From the NCBI GenBank assembly GCA_963803805.1, contig CAWDOD010000002.1, positions 1-64,000 of the forward strand: DNA of 64,000 nt. Direction: 5' to 3'. Source of the DNA: an uncultured cyanobacterium (GTDB lineage Bacteria > Cyanobacteriota > Cyanobacteriia > Cyanobacteriales > CAWCAG01). This document shows positions 51,927 to 63,423 of this stretch, piece by piece. The number at the start of each line of letters is the position of its first letter. Positions within the stretch are counted from its first letter, which is position 1. The position numbers and the translations under genes were made by a program. The notes under the pieces were generated by a model that was given only the letters and a program-made list of their open reading frames with translations, did no database searches and was not told the DNA's origin.

Positions 51927-53873
51927 TTAAACTATCATCTGTCTAATTCTTAAAACTTCTGCAACACTCCAAGCCTGGGCGATACAACCTCGCGGAGTAT
52001 GGGGGAAATCACCATCAAAAATTTCACTAATTGTTCCTCTACCTGCTGTTAACAAATGTCCTGCTATTGGTTTTAGAAATTGATAAGCTTGGTTTGAGTC
52101 ATCATAAACTCTTAAATGTGCTTGAATAAAGTGTCCTATTAACCAAGCCCAGACAGTACCCTGGTGATAGGCACTATCGCGATGATATTGATCTCCTCCA
52201 TATTTGCCCTGGTATTGGGTATCACAGGGGGATAGCGATCGCAAACCATAGGGAGTAAGTAGTTTTTCTGTTACCTGATCAACCAACCTCTTTTGCTGTT
52301 TTAGTTTTAATAAAGGTTGTCCGGTTACAGGTAGAGATACAGCAAAAATTTGGTTAGGACGCAAGCTAGTATCATTTCCTTGGGGAGTATCTAACAAGTC
52401 ATAGCAATAACCTAAAGGTTCAGCCCAAAAGCGTTGAAAACCCTGCCCCGTTTTACTTGCCATTCTTTCATATTCCTGGGAAGATGTACCTAGCTTCTGG
52501 GCAAATTCTGCCATAATAATTAAAGCGTTGTACCACAAAGCATTAATTTCTACCGCCTTACCAATGCGAGGAGTAACCACCCAATCTCCCACCTTGGCAT
52601 CCATCCAAGTCAACTGTACTCCTGCAACTCCTGCATAGATTAAACCATCTTGGGAGTCGAGGTGAATGTTGTAGCGAGTACCGCGACGATGCCAGTCAAT
52701 TACTTCTGCTAAAGCAGGAAAAATTTCTGTTAGAAAAGAATTATCTTCAGTTGCTTGATAATAAGCCCGAATCGCTTCAAAGTACCAGAAAATCGCATCT
52801 ACGGTGTTGTAATGGGGTTTATTTCCCCCATCAGGGAAAACGTTGGGCAACATCCCTTGATCCAAATAATGGCTAAAGGTGCGTAAAATAGTCTTAGCAA
52901 TGTCAAAACGTCCTGTAGCAATAGTTAATCCTGGTAAGCTTATGGCAGTATCCCTGCCCCAATCACTAAACCAATGATAGCCAGCAATAATAGTTTTACC
53001 CTCTGGTTCAGCTTTGGAACTACGCCTAACAATAAATTGATCTGCTGCTAAAACAAGCTGTTCTAACCAAGGCGGTGCATTTGAAGTGTTAAGGTGAGAT
53101 GCAGAGTGCCAAATATTAAGCAGATTTTGTTCATAACAACGACGCTTAACTAAAGCTGTTTGACTATCTAAATTGGGTTGAAATTCTGTAGTAGCAATGA
53201 AGGTAAAAGATTCTCCTGGATTAAGTTTCACCTCAAAAGTTGCAGCGTGAAGATGATCTTCATGATCACACAATCCGCGATAATTTTCTAAGCTTAAATA
53301 AAAGTCTTTGTACCAATTATGGTGAATTTCTGTCTTTCCCCCATCCGTTAAAAGGTAAAACGGCACTGCATCGGGAAAAGCCGTTACACAACACCCTCCT
53401 GCCACTGCTGCAATATCCATCTTCCAATTGTTGTTATGGGTATCACCGTGATAATCGCGATAGTTAACTAATGCTTTTAAAGATAAAGATAAAGCTTCCT
53501 GCCCTTGATGAAACTGGTACTGAACATAGGTTGTATTCTTTGCCAATTCCATCCAAATCCGCTTTTCTATAACTGCCCCACCACAACTAAATGTCCAAAT
53601 AGGAGTTGTACCTTCTAGGTGAAAATTTTTAAGATGGCGATCGCCACGAGGATTTTTAATTCCTCCTAACCAACAGTTGTTAAAAAGAGGATAATCTTGG
53701 TGCTGATAGTGAATAGTTTCATCTATCTTACTAACCAAAAGTTTCCGATCTAAAGGAGGTTGCAAAGCCGCTATTAATAGACCATGATACCTACGGGTAA
53801 GTTCACCTGTCACTGTCCCGGAAGCATAACCACCAATACCGTTAGTAACTAACCATTCTTGATCATTTATCAT
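51927..53873 (-). CDS. Amylo-alpha-1,6-glucosidase (glycogen debranching enzyme family)
   Basis: EWLVTNGIGGYASG, AGYHWFSDWGRD, LTWMDAK, YHQGTVW, QAWSVAE. Confidence 0.93.
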   Translation of the reverse strand: MINDQEWLVTNGIGGYASGTVTGELTRRYHGLLIAALQPPLDRKLLVSKIDETIHYQHQDYPLFNNCWLGGIKNPRGDRHLKNFHLEGTTPIWTFSCGGAVIEKRIWMELAKNTTYVQYQFHQGQEALSLSLKALVNYRDYHGDTHNNNWKMDIAAVAGGCCVTAFPDAVPFYLLTDGGKTEIHHNWYKDFYLSLENYRGLCDHEDHLHAATFEVKLNPGESFTFIATTEFQPNLDSQTALVKRRCYEQNLLNIWHSASHLNTSNAPPWLEQLVLAADQFIVRRSSKAEPEGKTIIAGYHWFSDWGRDTAISLPGLTIATGRFDIAKTILRTFSHYLDQGMLPNVFPDGGNKPHYNTVDAIFWYFEAIRAYYQATEDNSFLTEIFPALAEVIDWHRRGTRYNIHLDSQDGLIYAGVAGVQLTWMDAKVGDWVVTPRIGKAVEINALWYNALIIMAEFAQKLGTSSQEYERMASKTGQGFQRFWAEPLGYCYDLLDTPQGNDTSLRPNQIFAVSLPVTGQPLLKLKQQKRLVDQVTEKLLTPYGLRSLSPCDTQYQGKYGGDQYHRDSAYHQGTVWAWLIGHFIQAHLRVYDDSNQAYQFLKPIAGHLLTAGRGTISEIFDGDFPHTPRGCIAQAWSVAEVLRIRQMIV

Positions 53874-53927
53874 AGGAAATAGGCAACAGTAAAATAGAAA
53901 ACTAGCAACTAGCCATCAGGGATTATA

Positions 53928-55427
53928 TTAAAGCCAATTAAACCACATTCTTAGCTTATAACTATTAGGAGATAGGGGTAAACCGAGATAAATAGGTAGC
54001 CAGAAAATAAAAGCAATTAAAACTAAAACAATTACCCCTATACCTGCATATCTGCGTCCATACAAACCGCTGCTTAACCAACGATCTACCAACCAAGCCA
54101 AAACAAGTTGGGCAAAAACAGAAGCTGCCATATAGTGGTAAAGAAAAGTGCAACGAGAAACTTTGATCCAAGGTAATAAATTAGCCCCATAATTAAAAGC
54201 TAAATAGAGTGCTAACCAAGTTTGAGGAGTTGAAGTATACCGACCAATTCCTTCTCGAAAAAAACGTAAAATCAAAGCTAAAATTAATAATAAAATTGCC
54301 GCAGAAGATAACCACCATAAAATGGGATTTCCCATTGCATGAACATCATAAATAATTTTCCCAGTGCCAGGAGGTAAGGGAGGATGGATTGGTACTGTGT
54401 CAATTTTGTTGCTAGCAGTATGATAAAAATAAGCAACGGGACGCAGCATTAAAATCCAAGTATACCAACGAGAACAATAAGGATGAATATCAGGACCACT
54501 ACCAACTTTTTGGTGAAAAGACATGATTTCTTTTTGCATTTCCCAAAAATTTGGTTCTGGATTAAGAAGCAAGTGCGGAACCCAACTAAGACGATAGGTC
54601 AAAGCCGGAATTATGGCTAAGTACCAAGCAAAAGCCAAAAGATTAATTTGAGTTAAGTTTTGTAGAGGGGTAAAGAAAGTTTGGCTATTGAGATAATTAC
54701 GAGAATAATATTTTAGGGGATAGGGACAACGTTTTTTAATTTGAAAGTAGCGTATAATCCAAGCTGTTAACCAAAGTAGATAAATTCCTAGTAGAAAGCC
54801 CAAACCATTCCATTTAATTGCTACTGCTAAGCCAAAGAATATACCCGAAAAAGCTAAATTCAGCCAACGCTTCTGCTTGGTTGTCTTCAAAGCTAAAAGA
54901 AAGAATAATTGTCCTGATAAACCAAAAAGAACAAGATAGATATTATTCAAAGCAAAGCGAGATTCTACTAAAAATAAGCCATCGCAAGCAGCAAAAAAAG
55001 CAGCAACTAAAGCATAGCGGCGGCGACTCGTCAATTGATAGGCAACCCCAGCAATAACTAAGGGCAAAAATGATCCTACTAAGGCATTTAGCCAGCGATA
55101 GCTAAAAGTAGTTCGCAAAGAACCCAGGTAACTGTTGGTGATATCCTGACCAAAAGGAAGATGGGAACCAAGCCAAATACCGACTGCAATAATATATTGA
55201 CTTAAGGGAGGGTGGGCATTATAAACTTCATTGCCTAATAAATAGTTGTTAGCAAATACTGGGTAGTAAACTTCATCAAAGATTAAACTGTTAAATTTAC
55301 CTAGATTCCAGAAACGTAAGCAAAGAGAAAAGCCCAAAATACCGATTAGGGCGAGTTTAAACCAGATTTTTTGCAATAGCAGTTTATTTTTACCAGTTAA
55401 CATAAATTGCCTGATACCATTTATCAT
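53928..55427 (-). CDS. PMT-family (GT39) protein O-mannosyltransferase-like; start may be 55403
   Basis: FDEVYY, HPPL, ESRFAL, AIKWNG, HPYCSRWYTW, FLYHY. Confidence 0.9.
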   Translation of the reverse strand: MINGIRQFMLTGKNKLLLQKIWFKLALIGILGFSLCLRFWNLGKFNSLIFDEVYYPVFANNYLLGNEVYNAHPPLSQYIIAVGIWLGSHLPFGQDITNSYLGSLRTTFSYRWLNALVGSFLPLVIAGVAYQLTSRRRYALVAAFFAACDGLFLVESRFALNNIYLVLFGLSGQLFFLLALKTTKQKRWLNLAFSGIFFGLAVAIKWNGLGFLLGIYLLWLTAWIIRYFQIKKRCPYPLKYYSRNYLNSQTFFTPLQNLTQINLLAFAWYLAIIPALTYRLSWVPHLLLNPEPNFWEMQKEIMSFHQKVGSGPDIHPYCSRWYTWILMLRPVAYFYHTASNKIDTVPIHPPLPPGTGKIIYDVHAMGNPILWWLSSAAILLLILALILRFFREGIGRYTSTPQTWLALYLAFNYGANLLPWIKVSRCTFLYHYMAASVFAQLVLAWLVDRWLSSGLYGRRYAGIGVIVLVLIAFIFWLPIYLGLPLSPNSYKLRMWFNWL

Positions 55428-55872
55428 TGACGGGGAAAGGGGAAGGGCTGGGGAGCAAAGGATAATCTTTTATAGCAAGAACTATCCCTAAATTTAATCT
55501 GGACAAAGCACTAGAGTAAAGTTAGTGAATAAAATGAGAATTATATATAGTGTTTCTTAGTCTAGGTATGTGAATTTCAATTAGCGATTAGCAAAAATTG
55601 TTCAGTATCAATATTTACAGAAAATAAATAAAAATCTGCCAGAATTTGAGGAATTCTTACAGCGAAGTTGATTTATTTCTAGTTAGAAGATATTCAAGAT
55701 CATAGAAAATTCTTAGCTTCACTGAAGAAGAATTGGTAGGCTGTCTCAGAAAATTGAAACACGTCTAGCTACAATTGTCATTATTTTGGGAGGAGACTAT
55801 AATTTTAATAAATGTTAATTTTTGTAGCTGCTACCTTACAAAAGTGTCGGCATTATGCTTTCTTAACTTTAA

Positions 55873-56448
55873 ATGAGGTTTGACCCTATGCAATCACCTG
55901 TAAAAATTGCTCAGATATCGGCTGAAGCTTTAGCAGTAGAGTTTTTTCGCCGTTCTGAAGGTGAGTGGAATTCTCAAAGACGTTACTATACCTTGAAAAA
56001 TGGAGAAGCCCAAGAAGTAGTAAGCCAGATTAAAGTTCAATTTCTTGAACAAGGCAGTTCAGAACTTATGGAATTAGCAAACTTGCATCAGCTTAAAGAT
56101 GCCAAAATGCTTGTTGGAGGAAGTAAGGTTACTTGGGAAAGTAGCTATACTGGTACAAGTCGTAAGCCTTCTGGTGGTTCAACAATTTTCGGCATATCTA
56201 ACAACACTCTATATCGCGATCGCGGCTTCGCAACAACCAAACCTGTCACTGCAACTTTCAAGTTTACTAATCCTCAAACTATGGCTTTGAGAACCGAGTA
56301 CAGTGGATCTGTGTTTGAAGAAGAACTTAAATTAATTGGCAATAGGTATCGAACCAGGCAAACAATCATTTCTCGCGCAGGGGAAGAAATTACCATCGGT
56401 CAGTATCTAGAAACGCGCATCCCCTCAAACTCCACAATTAAGCCTTAG
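55873..56448 (+). CDS. Phycobiliprotein lyase, CpcS/CpeS family (CpcV-like)
   Basis: EFFRRSEGEWNSQRRYY, LYRDRGF, FEEE..RTRQT..GQYLETR. Confidence 0.85.
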   Translation: MRFDPMQSPVKIAQISAEALAVEFFRRSEGEWNSQRRYYTLKNGEAQEVVSQIKVQFLEQGSSELMELANLHQLKDAKMLVGGSKVTWESSYTGTSRKPSGGSTIFGISNNTLYRDRGFATTKPVTATFKFTNPQTMALRTEYSGSVFEEELKLIGNRYRTRQTIISRAGEEITIGQYLETRIPSNSTIKP

Positions 56449-56460
56449 TTTGAGTACATT

Positions 56461-56494
56461 TAGAGATGCTGTTATATGTTAAACAGTGTCTCTA
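56461..56494 (+). terminator. Hairpin terminator after the lyase gene
   Basis: TAGAGATGCTGTT...AACAGTGTCTCTA followed by TCTTGTTTTT. Confidence 0.6.
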
Positions 56495-56747
56495 TCTTGT
56501 TTTTGGTGCATCTACAGAAGGCTTCTCTCTATCTTAGGTATAAATTTTCAGGAAAATTTTTTCTTTCAACCTACCACTTAATGTAAGTTTACAGGTAGCG
56601 ACTGTCAAGCTATAATAAGTATATTGTTAGTACATAATATATATTAAAACTTTACACCATATGTAAGTATTTACCAGAGCAAACAAGACACTGCTTTAAA
56701 CCAAATATTTTTTCTAGTAAACCCCACCCAAGAAAGCATCTCATTCT

Positions 56748-57638
56748 ATGCGTAAATCAATTCCCGACACCATGCAAGCTTATCTTCAAGAAATAGGTCG
56801 CACACCTTTATTAAGTGCAGAGGAAGAGACAGAACTAGCGCAGAAAGTTAAGGCGATGCTGCCTCTACAGGATAAAGAAGACCTAACCAAAGAAGAAAAG
56901 CGGATTATTTATCAAGGAAACAAAGCCAAAAACCAAATGGTTAAGGCTAATCTACGCCTAGTTGTTTCCATTGCTAAGAAGTATCAAAAACGAGGTCTAA
57001 CTCTACTTGACTTGATCCAAGAAGGGACTTTGGGCTTAATCAGGGGTATTGAAAAATTTGACCCTTCCAAAGGCTACAAACTTTCTACCTATGCTTATTG
57101 GTGGATTCGCCAAGCGATGACAAGAGCGATCGCCGATCAAGGGCGTACCATTCGTTTACCAATTCATATTACAGAACAACTCAACAAGATCAAGAAAGCA
57201 AACCGTAAGCTTAATCAAGAATTGGGTAGAAAGCCCACAGAAGAAGAAATAGCTTCTCGGTTAGAGATTTCCCTCAAAAAGCTTCGTTCCATTCGCCAAG
57301 CTGCCCGTATCTCCCGCCCAGGCAGCTTAAATATGAAAATGAGGGAAGACAATCAAACTGAGTTAGAAGCCCTTCTGCCTGATGACGGGGCTTCTCCAGG
57401 AGAGATTGTTGCCAAAAGAGAATTACAATCGAAGGTTAGGGACTTACTCAAAACTCTACCAGAGAATCAACAGCAAATCATTAGTTTGCGCTTTGGCTTA
57501 GAAAACGGTAAAAAGATGACCCTAAAAGAAGTTGGTAAACGCTGCGGGGTCAGTAGAGAAAGAGTACGTCAACTTCAAGCCCAAGCAATGAGAAAATTAA
57601 GAAGGAATGCTTATCAACTTCAAGAACTAGCTGTGTAA
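56748..57638 (+). CDS. Group 2 RpoD-like sigma factor
   Basis: [47 protein letters not shown]; no region 1.1. Confidence 0.92.
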   Translation: MRKSIPDTMQAYLQEIGRTPLLSAEEETELAQKVKAMLPLQDKEDLTKEEKRIIYQGNKAKNQMVKANLRLVVSIAKKYQKRGLTLLDLIQEGTLGLIRGIEKFDPSKGYKLSTYAYWWIRQAMTRAIADQGRTIRLPIHITEQLNKIKKANRKLNQELGRKPTEEEIASRLEISLKKLRSIRQAARISRPGSLNMKMREDNQTELEALLPDDGASPGEIVAKRELQSKVRDLLKTLPENQQQIISLRFGLENGKKMTLKEVGKRCGVSRERVRQLQAQAMRKLRRNAYQLQELAV

Positions 57639-57737
57639 AACTTCTGGTATCGGCTAAGCCAAGATACTTGGCAACAATACAGATTGAACCTGTGTTTGCT
57701 ATGATTTCAACTTAGAATTTAGCATAGCAAGAGGTTC

Positions 57738-58988
57738 ATGGTGTTGCTGACAGTCTTAAGAGCTAAACAGCCTCGATTACAGTTAGTCGCTGTCATTATA
57801 TTTCTTTTGGCTGGTAGTCTTCTTCGTCTGCTTTGGGCAGCAGACATGGAATGGAAGTGGGAAGAACAATGGATGTTTCAGCAGGCACAACAAATTGCTG
57901 CGGGTGTTATCCCCCTTCCGATAGGAGGTATACAAAGTTCTATTGGCATCCCCAATCCAGGTATGGGAGTTTGGTGCTTTGCTTTAATCGCCACATTTGC
58001 CAAAGATCCGGTTTCAATGGTGAGGGGAGTACAAATATTAAATATCCTTGCTATTTGGCTCTTTTTTGGTTTTGTTATTAAAAATATTCCTAAAAGTAGC
58101 TGGAATCCTTGGTTATGGGGATTAGCGATCGCCAGTGTTAATCCTATAGCGATCATCCTTTCCCGTAAACTTTGGATACCAGATTTAATGGCCCCCTTCT
58201 GCTTTCTAATTTTTCTAGGGCATTGGTTTAGAAAGAAGTTTTGGGGCAGTTTTTTATGGGGAATAGCTGCCATATCCAGTGGGCAAATTCACATGGGAGG
58301 TTTTTTCTTAACGTTAGGACTTTTTTGTTGGACAATTTGGCATGATTACAACCAAAATACCCTCAGAAAAATAGCTTGGCGAGGCTGGTTTTTAGGAACA
58401 ATCATCGGTAGTGTTCCCTTCATACTATGGTTGTGGGAAGTATTTCCCCAAAGACAAGGTTCTCGTTCTTCTATTTTAGGAATCCTTGTACCTAAATTTT
58501 ACCTTCAATGGTTAACCGGGGCATTAGGAATTAATCTCAGTTATTCCCTCAAAAACTTTTTTTGGAGTGACTTTCTTCGTGAACCTGTCATTTTTGGCTT
58601 CCCAACTTATTTAATGATTCCCGCTCATTTATTTTTAGTTGGTATTGGTATTTATCCCTTTTATTGCTGGTTAAAATCAAGAAAATACTCATACCAAAAG
58701 AAATCTCAATTAGGTTGCTATCTCCAAGCCATTGGTTTTGGTGTCGGTGGTACATTTACCATCGCCGCAGTTAATGTTCCCCCTTACTACATAGCTGTTA
58801 TCTTTCCCTATCCTTATCTTTGGCTAGCCAAACTTTATCAAAACAAAATCAAAATACTAGTAGCGATCGCCTTGATGCAACTATTAATTAGCTTCACTTT
58901 CCTAAACTTTATTCATCGTACCGGAGGCATTCCCTTTGAAGGTTCTGGTTACGGAACTTCCTATCGATTTCAGACCAATAACAAATAA
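57738..58988 (+). CDS. Polytopic membrane protein, GT-C/ArnT-like
   Basis: Multiple TM helices, acidic motif after TM1 (DMEWKWEE), SRKLW. Confidence 0.65.
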   Translation: MVLLTVLRAKQPRLQLVAVIIFLLAGSLLRLLWAADMEWKWEEQWMFQQAQQIAAGVIPLPIGGIQSSIGIPNPGMGVWCFALIATFAKDPVSMVRGVQILNILAIWLFFGFVIKNIPKSSWNPWLWGLAIASVNPIAIILSRKLWIPDLMAPFCFLIFLGHWFRKKFWGSFLWGIAAISSGQIHMGGFFLTLGLFCWTIWHDYNQNTLRKIAWRGWFLGTIIGSVPFILWLWEVFPQRQGSRSSILGILVPKFYLQWLTGALGINLSYSLKNFFWSDFLREPVIFGFPTYLMIPAHLFLVGIGIYPFYCWLKSRKYSYQKKSQLGCYLQAIGFGVGGTFTIAAVNVPPYYIAVIFPYPYLWLAKLYQNKIKILVAIALMQLLISFTFLNFIHRTGGIPFEGSGYGTSYRFQTNNK

Positions 58989-59036
58989 GTTTCTTTGTTT
59001 GTTTAAACTAGTATTAGGTTCAAACAAATCAGAAAA

Positions 59037-59912
59037 ATGCCTAAGCTTAAACAACGTCGCCCTGAAAATGTTGATGGTGACTTTTATGTAGACAGTAGCT
59101 GCATCGACTGTGATACTTGTCGTTGGATGGTTCCCCAAGTCTATCATCGAGCCGGAACTAAGTCCGCAGTATATCACCAACCTCAAAATGAAAAAGAACG
59201 GTTACAGGCGATGCAAGCCCTGTTAGCCTGTCCAACTGCTTCTATTGGTACTGTGGAAAAACCCCAGGATATCAAGCTAGCCCAACAAAGCTTTCCTATT
59301 TTAGTAACAGATAACGTTTACCACTGCGGCTATCATGCAGAAAATTCTTTTGGTGCAGCTAGCTATTTTATTCAGCGCCCAGAAGGTAATATTTTAGTAG
59401 ATTCCCCTCGCTTTGCACCACCTTTAGTTAAACGCCTTGAGGAAATGGGGGGAGTGCGTCATATGTACTTAACCCATCGGGATGACGTAGCAGATCATCA
59501 GAAATTTCATCAACATTTTGGCTGCGATCGCCTACTTCACACTGACGAAATTAATTCTGGGACAAAAGATGTAGAGATACAGCTTAAGGGCTTAAATCCA
59601 GTGCAGTTTGCCCCCGATTTACTTATCATTCCTGTTCCCGGTCATACTAAAGGTCATACAGTCTTACTCTACCAAAACAAGTTTCTTTTCACTGGCGACC
59701 ATCTGGCTTGGTCTAAGGAACTCAATCATCTTTTTGCCTTTCGTCAGGCTTGCTGGTACTCCTGGTCAGAATTAACTCACTCTATGGCAAAGTTAGCCAA
59801 TTACTCTTTTGAGTGGGTACTCCCAGGCCATGGCCGTCGCTACCATGCTGATCCAGAAACCATGAGTCAGCAAATGGAAAAATGCTTAGCTTGGATCACC
59901 AAACAAGCTTAG
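59037..59912 (+). CDS. Ferredoxin-fused metallo-beta-lactamase-fold hydrolase
   Basis: CIDCDTC..CP; THRDDVADH, PGHTKGH, FTGDH, LPGHG. Confidence 0.9.
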   Translation: MPKLKQRRPENVDGDFYVDSSCIDCDTCRWMVPQVYHRAGTKSAVYHQPQNEKERLQAMQALLACPTASIGTVEKPQDIKLAQQSFPILVTDNVYHCGYHAENSFGAASYFIQRPEGNILVDSPRFAPPLVKRLEEMGGVRHMYLTHRDDVADHQKFHQHFGCDRLLHTDEINSGTKDVEIQLKGLNPVQFAPDLLIIPVPGHTKGHTVLLYQNKFLFTGDHLAWSKELNHLFAFRQACWYSWSELTHSMAKLANYSFEWVLPGHGRRYHADPETMSQQMEKCLAWITKQA

Positions 59913-60016
59913 GGAAGTCAATTAGAATTAGCAAGCAACTAATAATTGATTAATTGATAACTAATGCCTAACGATAACAGCAAGCCGCACACTGATAAGT
60001 GATCATTGCTCATTGA

Positions 60017-60571
60017 TTAAGCGTTACCAAAAGTAGGAATGGGACTAGAAGTAACGGGCTGTCTAAAATCTGGTAAATCAATACGAGTAGTGTGACGGCG
60101 ATTTTTTACGGCGAGGCGATAACTAACGCTTTGCAATTCAGTATGAAGCTGGCGGTTTTCTCTTTGTAAACCTTCAACTTTTTCTCGAACCGGAATCATA
60201 CGCTCAGCGAACTTGCGGCGATAAATTTGCGGTAATTCCTGAACTACTTGCTCTAACATTCTACTGCGATCGCTCAATTCTTGAACAGATTGACGTAGTT
60301 GATAAATTTCTGCGTCGCGCTCAGCAATCTGCTCTTGATAAAATTCTACCTGTTGTTCTACTTCTTGAACTTGTTCGCGCAACAGTTGCATTTCTGCTTT
60401 GTGGTGTTCAGAAATTTCTGGTTGGGGCATGAAGTTAGCATTTCCCTTTACCAGTCGAAATAGTTCTTGAGATAGCTGTTGGACTAGCTGATCTCTAAGC
60501 TGAAGTTCTTCTCGCAAACGGGAGGCTTCACTCTGCAAGGAGTTTAAGGTTGGAGTTTCAGTCTGAGTCAC
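60017..60571 (-). CDS. Coiled-coil cyanobacterial protein (Npun_F5560-like)
   Basis: RDQLVQQLSQELFRLVKGN; heptad pattern. Confidence 0.75.
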   Translation of the reverse strand: MTQTETPTLNSLQSEASRLREELQLRDQLVQQLSQELFRLVKGNANFMPQPEISEHHKAEMQLLREQVQEVEQQVEFYQEQIAERDAEIYQLRQSVQELSDRSRMLEQVVQELPQIYRRKFAERMIPVREKVEGLQRENRQLHTELQSVSYRLAVKNRRHTTRIDLPDFRQPVTSSPIPTFGNA

Positions 60572-60852
60572 GGCGGTTTACAGCTCCGAATATAAATGTA
60601 TGGTGTTGGTATTTAATAACAGACGATAAATAGAAGCTAGCAGATTTGATTCCTGATTGCAGCTAATTTATCATTGATTCAGAATAAATGACATCATTCT
60701 ACGGTAATTTAGTAACCTAAGCTTAAATGATATACCTAGCAATGGGCAATAATTCTTGATTGAGGATACTGAGCATTACACTAACTCTTAACCTAAACTG
60801 GATCGCCTTCTATTACTATTAAATTGGTTTTATTAAGGAAATAGTTTTAAGT

Positions 60853-62292
60853 ATGAGTGTATCGAGTAGTTCTAAAAAAATTAAATTTGGTACAGATGGT
60901 TGGCGAGGTATTATCGCTGATGATTTTACTTTCCCCAATGTTTGTAAAGTGACGCGGGCGATCGCTGCTTATTTAGAAACCGCTTATCCTAAAAGTCGTC
61001 CGGTTTTAGTTGCTTATGATCCTCGTTTTTTAGCAGACGAGTTTGCCCAGACTGCGGCGGAGATTCTTGCTGACTTGGGTTGGACAGTCAAAATTGTGGA
61101 TCGTGATTGCCCTACTCCAGTGATTGCCTATAATGCCCGCCATCTCAATTCTGCTGGTGCTTTAATGTTCACCGCTAGTCATAATCCCGCTCAATACTGC
61201 GGTATCAAGTATATTCCTGATTATGCAGGGCCCGCTACACCAGAAATCACTGATACGATTGTTGCTAATATTGAAGGTGCTTCTGACGCTCCTGCTAAGG
61301 GTAAAAACCTTGATAGAATATCAACTTTTGACCCCAAACCAGAATATTTAAAATTCATTTACAGTTTGCTTGATGTTGATAAAATTAGTAGCGCTGGGTT
61401 AAAAGTTAAGTTTGATGCCCTTTATTCTACTTCTCGCGGTTATCTTGATGAGGTTTTAGAACATTGTGGTTGTGATACAGAAAGCTTCCATACCCACCGT
61501 GACGTTCTTTTTGGTGGAGGAATGCCAGAACCCAAAGCCGATCAGTTAGAAGGTTTAGTTGAAACTGTTGTTAAAGATCAGGCTGATTTGGGTTTAGCTA
61601 CTGATGGGGATGCAGATCGTTTTGGGATTGTCGATGAGAAGGGTAATGTTCTCACCCCTAATACGGTTTTACTATTGTTAGCTCGTCACCTGATTAAAAA
61701 TAGGAACAAATCCGGTGCTATCGTCCGTACAGTAGCTACAACTCACCTTTTAGATAACTTTGCCGTTAAAAACGGTTTGGAACTGTTTGAGACTGCTGTA
61801 GGCTTCAAATATATTGGTGCTAAAATGCGGGAAACCGAGGTACTAATTGGTGGAGAAGAATCCGGTGGTTTGAGTATTATTGGCCATATTCCTGAAAAAG
61901 ATGGCATCTTAGCCGATATGTTAGTGGCAGAAGCGATCGCCTATGAAGGTAAGCCTTTATCTCAATTGGTTGAGGAAGTTATCGCCGAAGCTGACGGGCC
62001 ATTATATAATCAGCGCCTAGATTTACATCTTAATGAATCCCATAAAGCTGCTGTTTTAGAAGAGTATAAAACCAATCCTCCTGCTGAAGTTGCTGGTATT
62101 AAGGTGAAAGAAGTTGGTCGCAAAGATGGCATTAAACTATACTTAGAAGAAGGTAGTTGGGTATTGCTACGTCCTTCTGGTACAGAGCCTTTGATGCGAG
62201 TTTACATGGAAACTGATTCTCCCCAGAAGCAAACAGAAATTGCTAAATACATGGAACAGAAGATTCAACAGATGAAACCTTTAATGTCTTAA
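60853..62292 (+). CDS. Phosphoglucomutase/phosphomannomutase family protein (second paralogue)
   Basis: FGTDGWRG, TASHNP, DGDADR, GGEESGG, RPSGTEP. Confidence 0.95.
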   Translation: MSVSSSSKKIKFGTDGWRGIIADDFTFPNVCKVTRAIAAYLETAYPKSRPVLVAYDPRFLADEFAQTAAEILADLGWTVKIVDRDCPTPVIAYNARHLNSAGALMFTASHNPAQYCGIKYIPDYAGPATPEITDTIVANIEGASDAPAKGKNLDRISTFDPKPEYLKFIYSLLDVDKISSAGLKVKFDALYSTSRGYLDEVLEHCGCDTESFHTHRDVLFGGGMPEPKADQLEGLVETVVKDQADLGLATDGDADRFGIVDEKGNVLTPNTVLLLLARHLIKNRNKSGAIVRTVATTHLLDNFAVKNGLELFETAVGFKYIGAKMRETEVLIGGEESGGLSIIGHIPEKDGILADMLVAEAIAYEGKPLSQLVEEVIAEADGPLYNQRLDLHLNESHKAAVLEEYKTNPPAEVAGIKVKEVGRKDGIKLYLEEGSWVLLRPSGTEPLMRVYMETDSPQKQTEIAKYMEQKIQQMKPLMS

Positions 62293-62406
62293 ATTAAGGG
62301 AAGGGAGAGTGGAGAACGTAATAAATAATAAGTAATTAAGTTAAGAGAAGATTTTACCTATTACCTGCTTTCTACTCCCCGTTCCCTGGTTTGAAAAAAT
62401 GCTGTT

Positions 62407-62754
62407 ATGAAAGCGATTAGAAATTTACTTACTGCTTTTATTTTTGCTGCTTGGATAGCAATAATTGCTGTCTTTTCCATTCAAAATATCACCCCTGTAT
62501 CCTTAAAGTTCTTCAACTTACAAACTGTTGAAGCACCAATTGGAATTTGGTTAACTTTTAGCATCAGCATTGGCATAATTGCGGCTGTAGCTATACCAAT
62601 TATTTTCCCTCCCCCTAAAGCCAAAAAATTACCGAGATCACCCCGCAGAACATATAGTGATCGCTTTGAAGAAGATATTAATTATCAAAGGGAATTAGAG
62701 GAAGATGATCCCTTAACAGGAGATTGGGGACAAGATGGGAGAGGGGAATGGTGA
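62407..62754 (+). CDS. LapA/DUF1049-like membrane protein
   Basis: TM-FSIQN..VSLKF..PIG-TM pattern. Confidence 0.7.
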   Translation: MKAIRNLLTAFIFAAWIAIIAVFSIQNITPVSLKFFNLQTVEAPIGIWLTFSISIGIIAAVAIPIIFPPPKAKKLPRSPRRTYSDRFEEDINYQRELEEDDPLTGDWGQDGRGEW

Positions 62755-62783
62755 TATTGGGGAGTAGGGAATAGGCAATATAG

Positions 62784-62886
62784 TAAGAGAGAACCAAGAA
62801 AAGACTTATCCAAAAGCGATAAGCTAATGGCTAGTTGCTAAAATCTTATACTTTGTGAGGATATTTTATTTATTGGAGTTCTCTAA
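62784..62886. mobile_element. MITE-like dispersed repeat, copy 2
   Basis: Matches 10536-10666 with fewer internal heptamers. Confidence 0.8.
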
Positions 62887-62891
62887 TTAAA

Positions 62892-63386
62892 TTATCCTCC
62901 CTGAATAACTTGCCAAAGAAAACTTAAAATTAAAACAAAAATAGTTGTTGTTAGTATGACCACTAAAGCTAGCACAGCTAATAATAGAAAGACGAACCAA
63001 CTATCAGCCTTTTCCCTACGAGTTGAAGATGCAACATGGTTTTCCAAAAGAGCGACATTTTTTAGATTAGCTTTCCAACTCGCATCAAAAATATCTCCCA
63101 CAATAGGTACAGAACCAGCAAAAGATTCAATAATAATATTCGTCACCATCCGGGTTAAAGTAGTTTTAGAAGCTCCTAAACGAGCGCCTTGGATTACGAT
63201 AAAAGCAGAGATTGCTGCACCCGCATAATCTCCAACCCCAGGTAAAAGTCCCAAAAAAGGATCTAAACCAATGCGATAAGAAGTTCCAGGGATAGTAATT
63301 GAATTATCTAAAAGGGTGCTTAAGGAACGCAAACGTTCCATAATTAGCACTTTCTCTTCAGCTTCCTGGGGAGATAATTGAGACAT
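62892..63386 (-). CDS. DUF4112 family membrane protein
   Basis: LLDNSITIPGT..IGLDP.LGL.PGVGD, VPIVGDIFD..KAN. Confidence 0.9.
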   Translation of the reverse strand: MSQLSPQEAEEKVLIMERLRSLSTLLDNSITIPGTSYRIGLDPFLGLLPGVGDYAGAAISAFIVIQGARLGASKTTLTRMVTNIIIESFAGSVPIVGDIFDASWKANLKNVALLENHVASSTRREKADSWFVFLLLAVLALVVILTTTIFVLILSFLWQVIQGG

Positions 63387-63423
63387 AATAGATATCCTTA
63401 TTACTTATTACTTATTACCTACT

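Noticed and set aside
60853..62292. Second phosphohexomutase as a recent duplication
   Set aside because: The two proteins are highly diverged outside the catalytic motifs; multiple paralogues are ordinary in cyanobacteria.
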